Assembly (NCBI GenBank): GCA_965112735.1
Contig: OZ218955.1
Coordinates: 1,488,001-1,552,000 of the forward strand
Direction of reading: 5' to 3'
From: Phaeosaccion multiseriatum
Taxonomy: Eukaryota; Protista; Ochrophyta, other classes
Length of the DNA: 64,000 nt
Below the pieces are notes generated by a model. It saw only the letters and a program-made list of their open reading frames with translations. It ran no database searches and was not told the DNA's origin. Numbering within the stretch: the first letter of the stretch is position 1; every line of letters begins with the position of its first letter. Positions 12,699 through 26,792 of this stretch are shown here, in pieces. The translations under genes and the position numbers were made by a program.

Positions 12699-15600
12699 GA
12701 GGAGGAGGAGGAGTGGCAGGAGGAGGAGTGGCAGCAGCAGGAGGAGGAGGAGGAGGAGGTGGTGGTGGTGGTGGAGGAGGACGACGACGACGACGAGGAG
12801 GAGGAGGAGGAAGAGGAGGAGGAGGAGGGGCAGGAGCAGGAGGAGGAAGAGGAGCAGGAGGGCGAGCAGTGGAAGGAGGAGGAGTGGCAGGAGGAGGAGA
12901 AAGAGCAGGAAGAGGAGCAGGAGGAGGAGGAGGAGCAGGGGGAGGGGGAGGGGGAGGGGGAGGAGGAGGAGGAGGGGGAGGAGGAGGAGGAAGAGTGGCA
13001 GGGGGGGTGGCAGGAGAAGGAGCAGGAGGAGTGGCAGGAGGAGGAGGAGGAGGAGGAGGAGGACTACGACGAGGAGGAGGAGAAGGAGGGGGAGGAGCAG
13101 GAGGAGCAGCACGAGGAGGAGGAGGAGGAGCACGAGGAGGAGAAGGAGGAGGAGGAGGAGGAGGAGGAGGAGGAGGAGGAGGAGGAGGAGGAGGAGGAGG
13201 AGGAGGAGGAGGAGGAGGGGGAGGAGCAGGAGGAAGAGGAGCAGGAGGAGGAGGAGGAGGAGCAGGAGCAGGAGCAGGAGGAGGAGCAGGAGGAGGAGGA
13301 GGAGGAAAGCGATATGGAGGTTGTGCAACGCGAGCTGTGGCGAGTGTTCACTTTCTATACTCTCCATGGAAACCCACGAGATCCTTGTCGGATGACGGTG
13401 AGTGCGCTAAAACTTAATTGTTCTCTCTTTTCTCTCTCTCTCTTTCTCTCTCTCTTTCAGTGGTACAACCCCGTACTTGTCCCCTTCTTCTGGCATCACC
13501 CCGCACTTTTGCTCCTTCACACCCTATTGAGTAAACATTTTCCCAAAGGCTTCCACCCTCTTCCACCACTCCCGGCCGTTGCGCTCCCCGTACGTACACA
13601 AGTCAGACCCATGTCCTGGCTGGTAGACTGCCTGCCTGCCGCCGAGCCACGGACGTCAGGCGCACGCATCACTTATACCTTGATTCCGCTAAACTCCACT
13701 TCATTCCGTCCCACACACAGAGTACGCAATTCCTTCGACTGGCCAACGATTGCCACTTCTTCGGCAACCCCCGTCCACAACAGCAGCAACAGCTAGCGAC
13801 TGTGTCGAAGGAGCAACAGCTGAGGACTGCGTCGAAACCTAACAGGCAGAATGTCGAGAAGGAGGGTGGGGGTGAGGGGAAGGAGGAGGAGGGGGAGGAG
13901 GGGGGGGGAGGGCGGGTGGGTGTGGGTGTTGGTGTTGGTGTTGGCGCGACAGGCTTCAAAGCCCGCATTAGTCGAGCAGAAGTGAGTGTGATCTTTGCCT
14001 CGTGCTTGCGTGAGAATCGAGAGGCAGCGGCCACGGCGGAGAGGGGGGAGGAGCTGACGGCTCCACTGTGCACCACAAAGGGAAGGACGGGAGGCATCGG
14101 CCTCGGCCACGGCTGGGATAGGACTGGAGGGGGAGGAGGCACAACAGGGCGAGGAGGACCCTCCTCTGGTCCATCATCACCATCGTCATCATTGGCAGGA
14201 AGAGAGCGGTGCGTGCTCTATCCGGACTTCCTGAACTGTCTCCTCCGCGTGGGGCAAAGGATGTACGCAGGGACGGACGGGAGGGGCCCATCTTTGGATG
14301 ACGCTTTTCAGACCCTCCTCATGGAACATGTCTTGCCCTTTGCCCTCCGGCGGCGGGGAGGGGGCAACAGCAGCAGCAGCTGTGGCGGAGAGGGTAGTGA
14401 AGAAAGCGGAGGAGAAGCAGAGGGAGGAGAAGAAGCAGGCGGCTTCTGGGGGGGGGGGAGCAGCAATGAGAGCACTAGCAGCAGAAGCAGTAGTAGCAGT
14501 AGTCACCGTCATGTTCCTCCGAGCTGCAGCCACCGCCGACGAACGACAAGGACAAGGTCAACGAGGAGGAGGAGGAGGAGGAGGAGGACATTGTCGATCG
14601 AAGAGCAAGTACTTTCGGACGCTGACATCGAAGAGCTTGCCATCCACTGCGAGGTCGGCCTGTTGGAGATCTTCCGGGCCTACGCATCGGTCGCTTCCGG
14701 AGGAGGAGGGGCTGGGGGAGGAGGAGGAGGAGGAGGAGGAGGAGGAGGAGGAGGAGGAGTAGCAGGGGGGCTAGCTACTACCTTAGCGAGGACGAGGGCC
14801 TCGAATGGAAGCACGAACGGTCTGGCCCGGACATCAGGCTACTGGTCCAGTGGGCGCCATCATCACAACAACAACAACACCACCGCCGCGAGCAGTCCAT
14901 CGGGGCAGCATCACGGCGGGCGGCGGCGGCGGCGGCGCCGGCAGGAGCAGAGGCCAGGGCCTTGCGTAGGGCAGGGGCAAGAGCAGCAGTCGCCGAGAGG
15001 CAGCGCTTGGGGAGCCTCGGATCGGACTGGCAGCACGAGCCCCACCCCCTCTACACAGAGTGCAGGGACGGGCAGACCGAGGGCGTCGGTTACAGGCGTT
15101 TCAGGCGTTTCAGGAGCGCTGAATACCTGTGCCGATCACATGAGCTTCGCGGCGTTCGGGCACTTTTTATCCGATGGCGGTTTGAGTGGGGCCTTTGTGT
15201 CGACGGTGGAGGCAGGAGAGGCCTACTTGCAATGTTTGGAGCGGCGAGGAGGAGGAGGAGGAGGAGGGAGAGGAGGAGAGGGCGGGAGGGGTCAGCTACA
15301 TGGCAGCAGTTGCACCCTCCCTAACGGCTGTCCGCTTCCCATCACCTTTGTAGAGTGGTGGGAGCTCACCCTGCGTCTCTTTTGCACCACGTTTCGCAAC
15401 AGCGACGGTGTCGGTTACGACGGTTACGACGGTTACGACGGCGGTGGAGGGGGCGCTGTACCCATAGCAACAACAGCGACAACGCCAACAGGAAGAGGAC
15501 GAGGAGGAGGAGGGGGGGGGGGTAGACCTTTTCCAGCGGTGGCCGATCGAGTGAGGGCCATGCTGCTCTTTGTGTGGCAAAGTCTACACGCCTCGAGCGG

Positions 15601-16076
15601 GCGCAACCTCAACGGCTCCACCGATCCGAGCAGCCCCCACCCCACCGCCGTGAGCAGGGCCCATCGAAGCTCCCTTGTGCGCGGCCTTCAGCTGCTCAAT
15701 GAGAGACTCGTCTCGGACTGGAGGGCCGATGGCTTGAAGGAGTATGACGGGAAGGTCTCGTTCATAAGGGAGGACGCAATGGTGGTGCTGGCGCGCTTGA
15801 TTGCCCAGCCGCCAGCCGCCGCCGCCGCCGCCGCCACCACCACCGTTGCTCCGGCTGCTGTACCACCGTCTGCTGCTAGTGGCGGTGATGGTCCGTCGTC
15901 GGCCTCGTTGTTGCGGGGCGAGGAAGCAGCCGCAGCAGCAGCAGCAGCAGCAGCGGGAGCAGCAGTTGGTGGTACAGCAGCTACTGTGACGAACAAGAGC
16001 ACAAACCGGACTTCTTTTGCTACTGCTCCTAGCAGCAGCAGCAGCACGTGGGGGGGGGGGGGGGCATCGAAGCGCA

Positions 16077-16109
<33 letters not shown>

Positions 16110-16324
16110 TGGTGATACGGCAGCGTGACGAGGATGCCGGAGAGTGGGCCGAAGGAAAGGAGTCCTGGGAAGAGGGGAAGGTACGAGCCGCAGCGATGCG
16201 TATGGCGGAGCAGCACGGGATGATGGTGGACAGCGCCTCTCCACCTGTGCACTCCGGCGGCGGGGATACGGCGCTGAGGGGCATGTCTCCCTGCTACCAT
16301 GGAGCAGCAGCAGCGGGAGGATGA
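12372..16324 (+). CDS. Glu-rich protein with p25alpha/TPPP-like or EF-hand-like helical domains (possibly flagellar); exons 12372-13397 and 13721-16324
   Basis: Phase-0 intron 13398-13720 joins ELWRVFTFYTLHGNPRDPCRMT|STQFLRLANDC. Later motifs: ISRAEVSVIFA, LYPDFLNCLLRVGQRMY, LLEIFRAYAS, MSFAAFGHFLSD, ITFVEWWELTLRL. Domain call is from memory of the motif pattern. Confidence 0.7.
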
Positions 16325-16520
16325 GGAGGAGGAGGAGGAGGAGGAGGAGGAGTAGGAGTAGGAGGAGGAGGAGGAGGAGGAGGAGGAGGAGTAGTAGTAG
16401 TAGTAGTAGTAGGAGGAGGAGGAGGAGGAGGAGCGAGGAGGAGGAGGAGGAGGAGAAAGGAGAAATAACATGAATGATAGTGGAGAATACCATTCCACCG
16501 TTCGCGTGCCCTTGCCCTTG

Positions 16521-16636
16521 CCATGTCGTTGTGATTGATGCCATACTCCATGTCGTTGTGATTGATGCCATACTCCATGTCGTTGTGATGGATGCCATAC
16601 TCCATGTCGATGTGGTTGATGCCATACTCCATGTCC
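16521..16636. repeat. 27-bp minisatellite (~4.3 copies)
   Basis: Unit CCATGTCGTTGTGATTGATGCCATACT. Confidence 0.9.
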
Positions 16637-16845
16637 GAGACAAGCTCTCGCTCGATCGGTCGCTTATGTGTTTCTCTCTGTGTGTCTCTCTGTGTGTGTG
16701 TCCCTGTCTCTCTCTCTCGAGCTCTTTAAGTTAAGTTGAACCCTCACTCTGTTTGTCCACACAAAATCACTCCCGTTCTCATTCTAGAGAGGGAGAGGGA
16801 GAGAGCGCGCAATCATTACATCCCTCTCTCTCTCTCTCTCTGCCA

Positions 16846-16879
<34 letters not shown>

Positions 16880-17350
16880 GCCCCATCTCTTTTGTCTGCC
16901 CAATACACAAAAAGAAGATTCTCCTGAGAGTGCGTCCCGCTGCAGCAAGTCATGACACTTCCGACACTTCCGACACTTGCAGGCCTTTCGTTTGGACACC
17001 AGCTACCCAAAACTACTCCCATCGACCCGTCAACAGCGCACTCAAGCCAGTAGCCAGAGGGTGGTGGCTGACTCCCCTCAGCCGCACGAATAGAGACTTT
17101 ACAATCCAATCATCAATCCGCATCTCAGCCGTACAAAACGAGTAGACTCTGATGACTCTCCTCAGTAGCAGGAAGCACGGAGTCGTGACTCGCAACAGCC
17201 AATCCAATTATATATATATATATATCAGCTCAGTCGGCACTTGCAACTCTCGACAGCTCAAGCACCCAAGCCTCAGCAGCACCACACCACGAGTAGTTAC
17301 TAGGGAAGGCGTTCAGTGACTTACTAACCCCTCAGTGACTTCGTAACTCC

Positions 17351-18518
17351 TCAGCAGCACGAGTAGTACTTATTCTCCCAGAGGTTCTCGCACACGTTTT
17401 CGCTGTCTCTGTTGACGGCCCCTGGGGGCTTCCAGAGAGTGGGTCTCCAGCGGCGGCCCAATACCTCCCACACCCCGTCTCGCATGCAGCAGAAGCCGTT
17501 AATGTTGTTGATGATGCCCTGTGATATACACGCAAACACACACGCACAAACAAGCAAGTATGCATATCCACACACACACAGCCACACACACACAGAGAGA
17601 GAGAGACAGACATACGTAGCCGTGCACCCCAAAGAGTATGAGGGAGAGAGGGAGGGAGGGAGGGAGGGAGGGAGGGAGGGAGGGAGGGAGGGAGGGAGAG
17701 AGAGAGGGAGGGAGGGAGGGAGGGAGGGAGGGAGGGAGGGAGGGAGGGAGGGAGGGAGGGAGGGAGGGAGGGAGGGAGGGAGGGAGGGAGGGAGGGAGGG
17801 AGGGAGGGAGGGGGGGAGGGAGCAGAGAGGAGTAGAGAGGAGTAGAGAGGAGTAGTGAGATAATTGTTCAGTAAGAAGAGGGAGAGGTTATGACACTACA
17901 GATGGCAGTAGGGTACCACCACCACCACCACCACCACCACCACCACCACCAATACGACCACCACCACGCCAACTGGGCAAGACAAAACGACAGGACAGGC
18001 TGCAGCCATCACCGCCACCACCACCTCCTCTACTGACCCAACTAGCTAAGCCTCTACTCACTAACCCGACCAAAGCCTCTACTCACTAACCCGACTAAAG
18101 CCTCTACTCACTAACCCGACTAAAGCCTCTACTCACTAACCCAACTAACAAAGCCTCTACTCACTAACCCGACTAAAGGGCAGGTCGAAGTCGCCCGTCC
18201 CCTCGAGGTAGGGCAATCCCTCGGGCCCCTTGAGACACTCGTATCCGGTCATGTTGGCGACGATCAGCCACGAGTGCATGCCCAACAGGGGCACCACAAG
18301 AAGGGCAAGACTCCACAGAGTGAGGGCGGCAAGAAGAGCCATGCCGTTGTCTTGCACCCACGTACTGTGGATGGAGGTGGAGGCAGAGGGAGAGCCCTTT
18401 GCTGGACTGGTTGGTGGGTGATTGGTGGGTTGGTTGGTTGGTTGGTTGGTTGGTTGGTTGAAAATCATGTGGTATACAGGTGAGCTTTGCTTCTTGTTTG
18501 ATTGTTTGCTCGCTTGAG

Positions 18519-18554
<36 letters not shown>

Positions 18555-18588
18555 AACAACAACAACGACAACAACCACAACAACAACC

Positions 18589-18643
<55 letters not shown>

Positions 18644-19931
18644 GACCCCCTTTGATCACCTGTGAAAGCCTGAGTGCACTATGGATAACGCCGTCACGAC
18701 AGAGAAGCAGTTCCACACTAGGAACCACCAGAAGCGGCAGTGGTTGCGCTCCCCTATACACGTGCCAATGACCAGACAGTGGTGGTCAAACGTCGCCACG
18801 CAGCGGCCACACTGTCGACAATGGTGACTGAAGGGGAAAGGGGAGAAGGGGAGAAAGGGGAAGGGGAGAAGGGCGAAGGGGAAAGGGTATGAAGGGGGAA
18901 GGGGATGAAGGGGGAAGGGGATGAAGGGGAGAAGGGGGAAGGGGAGCAGGGGAGAAGGGGGACGGGGAGAAGGGGAGAAGGGGGGAATGGGAGAAGGGCG
19001 AAGGGAAGAAAGGGGAAGGGGAGAAGGCGGAAGGGGGGAGGGAGAAGGGGAAAGGAGAAGGGGAAAGGAGAAAGGGCAAGGGAGAAGGTGTGCAGCACGG
19101 ATCGTACAAGGGGGAGGGGAGGGAAGAGGGGGAAAGGGGGCCGGGAGAAGGGAGGGTGAGATGAAGATACCAGCATTCAAGTACTATATATAACAACAAG
19201 CATACTCACACACGCCCTCCTCACCTCCTCAGGGGAACGCGCATGTCGCACCGAATACAAAAGGTGGGGTCGGCTGCCGGGGAATACCTGCTCGTATTAC
19301 CAACACGGGTGGATGGAGTGAAGATAACAGAGGGAGGGAGGGAGGGAAGGGTAGAGAGAGAGAGGAGTGGGAGATAGAGGGTGATGGAGGAGGGAGGGGG
19401 AGAGAGAGGGAGAGGGAGAGGGGGGAGGGAGAGGACGGACGGGGAGGGAGAGGGAGATAGAGAGGGGGAAGAGAGGGGAGTGACGGGGAGGGAGAGGGAG
19501 AGATGGAGGTAGAACGAAAGATGGAGGGAGAGGGAGAGCGCAGGGGAGAGGGACAGAGAGAGCGAGGAGGGAGAATGCAAAGCGAAGACGTTAGTCATTC
19601 ATGCCACTTGTACCGCTGCAAACCTTTGCTTAACTCAGCAGCATCTGTGCGTGGAAGTGTGGGTTGGTGTGGTGTGTACATGTATGTCCCGGGGCCTCAA
19701 ACCTCATCCCTCTAGCCTCCAGCCACGCCCACCCCTCCCCACGCACGCACGCACGCACGCTCGCACGCACGCACGCACGCACACACGCACACACGTACGT
19801 CTTCGGAGTGAGATGGTCCAGGAACTGGTGCACGCTCCGAGGAGGACTAGCAGCTGCACCAGCAGCAGGAGCAGCAGAAGGCCCGGAGTTCACTCTTCCC
19901 CCCCCGCCCCCTCTTCCTCTTTCCTCCCCTC

Positions 19932-19975
<44 letters not shown>

Positions 19976-20529
19976 GAATCCAGGGCCGTAGGTTGTTGCT
20001 GCAGAGTCTGCCCTACACCGGTGGAGTGCCCTCCTCCTCCTCCTCCTCCTCCTCCTCCTCCTCCTCCTCCTACCTTCCCTTTGCCCATTGGGCCCACCTC
20101 GCACAATTCGATTCCCTCCTCTCTGGAGTTGCTTGAGGAGGAAGGACTCCTATCCTGCGGATGTTTGGTTGTTGTAAGGAGAGCGTCCGTCGCGCTTCCT
20201 TCCCCCTTCGCACCTCCGTGTCCTCTGCTCCTGTCGCCCCCGCCCCCGCCCCTCCCCCTTCCCTCCTCCTCGTCTAAATCCATGGAGCCCTCTTCCAAGT
20301 AGCCTGGATCCGAACCTTGCACCAGCAAAAAGGAGATTGCGGTACCAAACAAGGCGATGAGCAGAGAGGCGAAGACCTCTGGTTGGAGGACGCTTCCCGT
20401 GGCCTTGTCCCAAGCGATGCTGTGTGGCACAAGCAAGCTCAGCGTGAAGCACACTGCGTACGCTGCGAAGTAGCCCAGCTTATGGACTCTCCGCTGGAGA
20501 AAGAGGTCACATATATTCAGGAGGAGCAC
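17351..20529 (-). CDS. DHHC-type palmitoyl acyltransferase, multi-exon; start codon uncertain
   Basis: TM helices followed by VQGSDPGYL; FCIRCDMRVPLR; HHCRQCGRCVATFDHHCLVIGTCIGERNHCRFWWFL; HSWLIVANMTGYECLK; DLPFSR|GIINNINGFCC...ENKYYSCC stop at 17351. Confidence 0.92.
18048..18178. repeat. 25-bp tandem repeat (~5 copies) overlapping a DHHC exon/donor junction
   Basis: Unit AAAGCCTCTACTCACTAACCCGACT. On the minus strand it reads AGTCGG|GTTAGTGAG, i.e. exon end plus donor. Confidence 0.85.
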
Positions 20530-21406
20530 AGTGGGGTTCGTTCAGGTTGGCGGGAGCACGGATGGGAATGGAGAGGGAGAGAGTCGGAATTGGAAGATTG
20601 TGAATTGTACGGCGCTTCTCGGCCTGCTGTGACTTCCCGCGGCAGCCACTCTCGATACTTCCGCTACTGCGCCCACACCTCGCGCCCTCAGTGGCCAGTA
20701 AGTCGTCACAAAGCCGCTGGAAGCCGCCCTTGATCTCTCCCTCAAGTTGTCCGTACATATAGTCTAAGCCTGATGAGCCTATTCTTGCTCAGGTCACTGC
20801 TCGTCCTGCTGCTTCTATTCCTGCTGCTTGCACCTACCCGCTCCTGTATGTGTGAAGGGAAGAGGGGCTCCCCAGGCTTCCGAGTGCGATCTATAATCCG
20901 TCTTTCCGTTGGGGGGGCTTCTGGCACGTCCGAGACAGGCAGCCTCCTCCTGCGCCCCTTCTGCCGGTTCTCCTGGTGCCGCAGCTGCATGGCTCTCAGC
21001 CCTCCCAAGGTGTTGACCATTGTTTGTAAGATACCTCTATTCTCTAACTATGGGGGCAGAGGGAGGGGGGCATCGGGGGCAGAGGGATATGTTTCCTATA
21101 GGCTACCCGTTGACTTACTTTGGGAGAGGCGCACTTTTATAGTGTCGACCTGTCCGTGGATCGATTTTTTTGGTCCGTGGAGCGACTTTTTTCCTATATT
21201 TCCCCCCCCCCTCCTTCCCCCTCCTCTAAGGAGGTCAACGCTGCTTAAATAACCACAACTGCTACATTCCAGCAGTAGTAATGGCTTAGTGAAGGATTTC
21301 TCATGGCAGGAAGGTGGCAGGGCTGGTAGTAGCAGCAGCAGTCAAGCAAAGAGAGGTACATATCAAACATTTCAAACCATGACACCACCAGCAGCAGCAG
21401 AGACAA

Positions 21407-23194
21407 ATGGAGGAGAATGAAGAAGCTGTAGCGGGGCAGCACAAAAGGATGGAACAGCACCACCTTTGTGACAGTCCTGAAGAGATTTCTGGCGCACAGG
21501 GCTCTTCGGATATCAGTGGAAAGGCCGCAGGAGCGCACGACGACAATGACAGTGCCAGTGATTGGGACGACGAGACTTGGACGCAAGCCGGTGCTCTGGC
21601 AGATGCAGCCGCTGCGGCGGCACAACCAGCGACCGCTTCGAAAACTGGCACTCAAGCGAGAGTGGAGGCTGAGCTTGCAACAATCGCCGCAGCACAAGAG
21701 GAGAGGCGGAAAGCAACAATTGCAGGCAGCAAGGCAGGACTTGCTCAACCAGAAGGCGACTTTAGAAGATGCTTACAAAACTGGAGGAGGACGAGGCCGG
21801 CCCTCGAAGGATATAAGCGAGAAGAAGCGGTTGATTAGTGCAGCTATAAAAGGAAATGACGAGGATCTCCTGCTCCCAGCGGAGCAGGAAGAGAAGCGAA
21901 AGAAGGAGATGGAGGAGAGGAAGAAGAAGGGCTGTGACATGTCTTCGAGCGCAGACAGGGTAGATGGTGCAAGTGGTGACCACTTCGTAGGGTTTTCTTC
22001 GCCGCCCCTTGGTCGTACGTCTAAGCGGTACGTTCTCAATTATCGCCTCTTCGCCGCCCTTTCTGTACATACCTTGACACACTTTCTTGCCCCTGTTGTT
22101 CTCGCCCCCTTTCTACATCTACCTTGACACACTTTCTTGCCCCTGTTGTTCTCGCCCCCTTTCTACATCTTTTGTTGTGCTAACAGGGGTGAGAACGACG
22201 AGGATGAGGACGAGGATGATGGTAATACGGGCGAGGAGGGGGGCGGTTGTGGTGGGGGAGGGTTTGGGACGAAGAATAGACCACCAGCGCAGACTGAGTT
22301 CATCAAGGTAGCACTCCAGGCGACAAAGGATCCAGAGAAAGGGTTGTCTACTTGGGGATCTCCCTACTTCAGGGCCCCGACGGCAAGCCGCCAGTCTCAA
22401 GTGGGAGGGTACGCCCAACGTGACGTGTTTGTCTGGGCCCCCCACATCTTCCACAACCTTGGAGAGGGCCATTGGCAGCCTCTTTGCGCATGGCATGCCT
22501 CGTCAAAGTGTGTACAAGCTAAAGGATGGACGGCGCCGCAGCGGGCTGTGTATGTCACCAGCCTGGAGGACAACTTTGTCATGGTGGGGACAAGGCATCT
22601 GTGTGCAGTGCGATGGGAGGAGACGAAACGGATGAAAGCTGAGTACAAGGAGGCGGAGAAGAAGAAAGAAAACGTCACAAGAGCAGGTTCGTGTGCTTCG
22701 GTTGTGTCTCATTTGCGCTACTCTCTGCGGCTTTGGATGAAGACGCCTCGCCTCTCTTCTTCCCTTGTCCTTTCCTCACTTCGCCCTCCTTCCTTGTCCC
22801 CACCCCTGTCCAGCTTGCCGCTCAGAAGAAAGCCATTAGCGAGTACTCGACCTCCTTCTACTCCTACGACCCACGCGTCACCACAGCGTGTAAGGAGAAC
22901 GTGTGCTTCCAGTGGGTGACTGCAGAGCTGCCTGGAGGATCAGCCGTGGGAGCAGGGGGAGCAACAGCAGGAGTAGGAGTAGTACGTGCTGGTTCTGCTG
23001 CTGCTGCTGGAGGAGGAGGAGGAGGAGGAGGACGAGGAGCTGCTGCTGCTGGAGGAGGAGCTGCTGCTGCTGGAGGAGGACGAGGAGGGGAAAGGGCAGC
23101 AGCAGCAGAAGTAGGACCACCGCCGGCACCAGCAGCCGCAGCACTGTGGCCTGCAATGGGAGGATCAGGGGCAGGACCGGCGGCTGGAGGATAG
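21407..23194 (+). pseudogene. Disrupted transposon-type ORF: AT-hook plus Cys/His-containing region resembling the N-terminus of DUF6729-type transposon proteins; no DDE core seen
   Basis: Apparent frameshift at ~21715-21730 links MEENEE..AQEERRKA to ARQDLLNQK..GRGRPSK (AT-hook). After an intron: RDVFVWAPHIF..PLCAWH..C..KGWTAPQRAVYVTSLEDNFVMVGTRHLC..|..FYSYDPRV, then low complexity. Family resemblance is from memory only. Confidence 0.4.
22070..22170. repeat. Perfect ~50-bp tandem duplication in an intron
   Basis: ACCTTGACACACTTTCTTGCCCCTGTTGTTCTCGCCCCCTTTCTACATCT x2. Confidence 0.9.
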
Positions 23195-25204
23195 GGGGCA
23201 GGAGCAGCTGTAGCACCTGCAGACTCTGCTGCTGCAGAGGGTGGTGTCGCTCTCGGGGGGCGGAGGTGAGAGAACCCGCGAGACAGAGCTACGGAAGAGG
23301 AGGGAGGCCGAGAAAAGGAGAAGAACAGAGGCAGGCGCGGAGGGGAGGGAGAGGGCAAAGCTCCAGAAAAGGGCAGCGCGGCAAAGGGAAAGGGAAAGGT
23401 TACAGCAGGCTAAGCAGGGCCCTTCAGGGTGACTCTTACCTTTCTGTGTACGTAGTAATGGAAATAGTAATGGAAGAAGGGGAGGAGCGAGCAGCACCGA
23501 GGAGGAGGAGGAGGAGGAGAAGGAGGAGGAGGAGGAGGAGGAAGAGGAGGAGGAGGAGGAGGAGGAGCTGCAGCAGCAGCACCAGCAGCAGCACCAGCAG
23601 CAGCTGCAGCCGCGCACTGTGGCCGGCAACGGGAGAAAAAAAGAAGCAAGAGGAAGGCGCGAATAAACAGTTTCAGTTTCCTTTTTTTTCGTTTTTTTTT
23701 TAAACTTGTCGTCACTGGACTATTATACGAGCGCTCCACCTCTAATAAAGGAAGGCAAGAGCCCCCGCCTTATGCAGCGACGTGGATTGCGATTGGTAGT
23801 GTCCCATTACTTGCACAAGGTGCCTCTGTTTGGCTGCTGAACGGCGAGCGTGGCTGAGTGAGGCCCAGCATGCATGATCTGGCGCAAAAGGGATAATCCG
23901 ATAATCCAGAAGGAGGACGCGGACAAGGAGGAGGGGCTCACGGACAACTGCGAGCTCAATGCCGACGAGGTGAGAGGAGAGAGAAGAGGCACACCGGCTT
24001 ACGTATCATCGGGCATCTCTGCCTCTCCTTTTCAACCAACCACCAATGCTCAGTGCTTCTCTGATCTCTTTTGTGGGCCGGTTGTGGCTCTGACTGTGGC
24101 GGCGCTAACGATTGGCTGTGATGTGTGGCTGCTTCCTGTTGCTTGCTGTCCTGTCCTCTTCTGTGCAAACAGCTTGGTTGGCGCACGTTTGCATGGATCA
24201 TATAATGCAAACAGACAGTGGGCCTTGTTTCCGGCCGGCCTTTCTGCTGGCAAGCACAAACTGGAGCTTGCCGGCGTCGTGGACATGGGGGGTGTGGCCT
24301 TTATGCGCAAGCGGTACAGCGTCTGCCGTCGCAAATATTACCACGATGCAGAGCATGATCGCCGAGCAGCAGGGAGGAGGAGGAGGCATGTGGCTGCAAT
24401 TTCATGCCTGGGCCGGGCATGGGAGGCCCCACGGGAGTGCCCCCCCCCCTGGGATGGGCCCACCGCGGGCATGATGATAACTTTCCCTTTCCCGCCAGGT
24501 GAGTGAGTGCGTGAGTGAGTGCGTGAGTGAGTGAGTGAGTGAGTGAGTGAGTGACGGAGGGAGGGAGGGAGGGCGTGAGCGAGGGAGGGAGTGAATGAGA
24601 GACTGAGAGAGGGAGTGAGTGAGTGAGGGAGTGCGTGAATGAGTGGGTGAATGAGTGGGTGAATGAGTGAGCGAGTGAGTGGGTGAATGAGTGGGTGACC
24701 AACACGGAAGAGCGGGCGGTCGCAGAAGAGGAGAGAAGGGAAGAGAAGGGCGGATGGAAGGAGGCTGATCCTTCACTCCTTCGCCCGCCTTTTGTCTCTT
24801 TTGTCCCCTCCCATGTCCCCCTCTCACTCCTTTTGCTTGCTCTGGCGAGGCAGCATTTGGGTGTTCCTGCCGAACCTTTTTGGCCTGAAATTGAGTTTCA
24901 GCTCATGAGGGGAAAAGAAATCTTTAGAACCCTATTACACTCAGCTGCCTGGGAGCTGCGGGGAGTGAAAAAACAGGCTATGGCCCGGGTGCTGGCACCC
25001 TCCCTTCAGCAGCAGCACTCCTACGAAGAGAGGTGAGCGAGAGGTTTGAGAGGTTGGGTAGGAGGAAAAGAGGGATGAGTAGCGGCCCGGGCAGGAGGAA
25101 CAACAACTAGTAGCTACGCAACACCCTCTCTCCCGTTTGCGTCATTCTCCCCAACGACAAACTTACCCCTCCTGTGTGCTGTGGCACCTGCCTCAGTAAC
25201 AGCC

Positions 25205-26756
25205 ATGAACGGCGCAAGAGAGGAGAGAGAACTCAAGGCATGGAAACGTGCCTTCGGAGTCCTCCAGGCATGCGAACCATCCTTCCGACTCATCCTTTCA
25301 TGGCCTGAAGCCTACGAGGCAGCTGCCGGACTCTGCCACGAACTTTTTCCACACAAAGCAGACCTTTGTGTGGAGGGCCAGGCTCACGCGCAAACGAGAA
25401 TAAGGTGAGGAGCGAGAATGGGACAAAGAGAGGGCGGGGGGAGAGAGTGGTGAGAGCAGCAGCACACACTGGACACGCATCTCTGCTGCGCAGGGGAGAA
25501 GGGGAAAGAAGACTTGAACTGCACTCTCTTGTTTCCCTTCCTGCCTGCGTGTTCGGGAAAGGGAAACTTGCCTCTCATCCCCTCTGCCTACCCTCTCGCC
25601 CCGCTGTGCTTTGGCAGCTGCCTCAGTGACAACACGTACGGCCTAAGAGAGGGAGAGAGGATGGGACAGGAGGCTTCCTCCGAACTGTTTGCCAGGTGGA
25701 GTTCATTGTTCTGCGAACTCTTCGACTCATATATGGTCCACATCGTGCACCTCCAGTTAGCCAAACCCAAGTTGTTGGGTTTGGCAGGTGTGCTACGCTC
25801 CAACGAACCATGTCAGGAAAAGGTGAGTAGTGAGTGTGTTTCTTTCTTCGTGTGAAAGGGGGGGCTTTTCTTGGCAGGGGAAGAAAGGGAGGAGAGGGGA
25901 GCGAGTCTTCCCTAGTGAGAGGGACTTCAGGGGGGAGAGAGAGAGAGTGAGCGGAGGGGAGGGGAGGGGCAACGCGGAAGGAGGAAAGTAAGGTAGTGAA
26001 TGAGAGGCTGGGCCCTGATTCATGTATAATCCGTGGAGAGGAAGGTCCATCTCGTCCCGAGTTTGAGCAGTGAGGGAGGGAGGGGAAGGGATGGGATGGG
26101 ACTTCTGTCGCCAGCTGTGACAGAAACGGACCTCCATCCATCTCTCTCACATCATTTCTTCCACATTTGCCCTTGCTCCCTCGTTTTGTCCTCCTTCTCG
26201 CAACAAAACCACTCACCTGTATGTCCCACTCACTCTTTGCTTTCGTGCCTCGTCTGTCCTTTCGTCTTTGGTCCGGCGCAGCACTTGGACTCGCGGTTGG
26301 ACTTGGACTTGGACCCAAACCGAGCAGGAGGGGCAGCGGCACCCGCGGCCAACAGCAGTAGCAGAGCGATTGGTAGCATTGGAAGCCTCGGAGGTATCGG
26401 CAGTCTCAGCGGTTCAACGGATAGTCTGAGTCAAGAGCAGGCTGGAGTGGGTATGGGCAGTGACGGTGGTGGTGGTGGTGGAGGAGGTTGTGGTGGTGGG
26501 GGAAGGGGGCGAGGAAGAGGAGGAGGGGGGGGGAGGGGGCGAGGAAGAGCAGGAGCAGGAGGAGGAGGAGGAGGAGGAGGAGGAGGAGGAGGAGGAGCCA
26601 CGCCCAGCGATGGCTCCGCGTCAGGCTCTCCGTCTGGACCGCCGGGTGAGGACAAAGGAGGGTGGATATTTGTATCGTACGGAGGACGAAAGCACCGGCA
26701 TGGAGCAAAGCCAGGCGGAGGGCCGGAGGGGCTGCCACAGACCGCCACAGGAGGAG

Positions 26757-26792
<36 letters not shown>

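Noticed and set aside
20742-21020. 92-aa minus-strand ORF with good start context, upstream of DHHC
   Set aside because: No motif or clear splice link. It could be a 5' exon or uORF but is unsupported.
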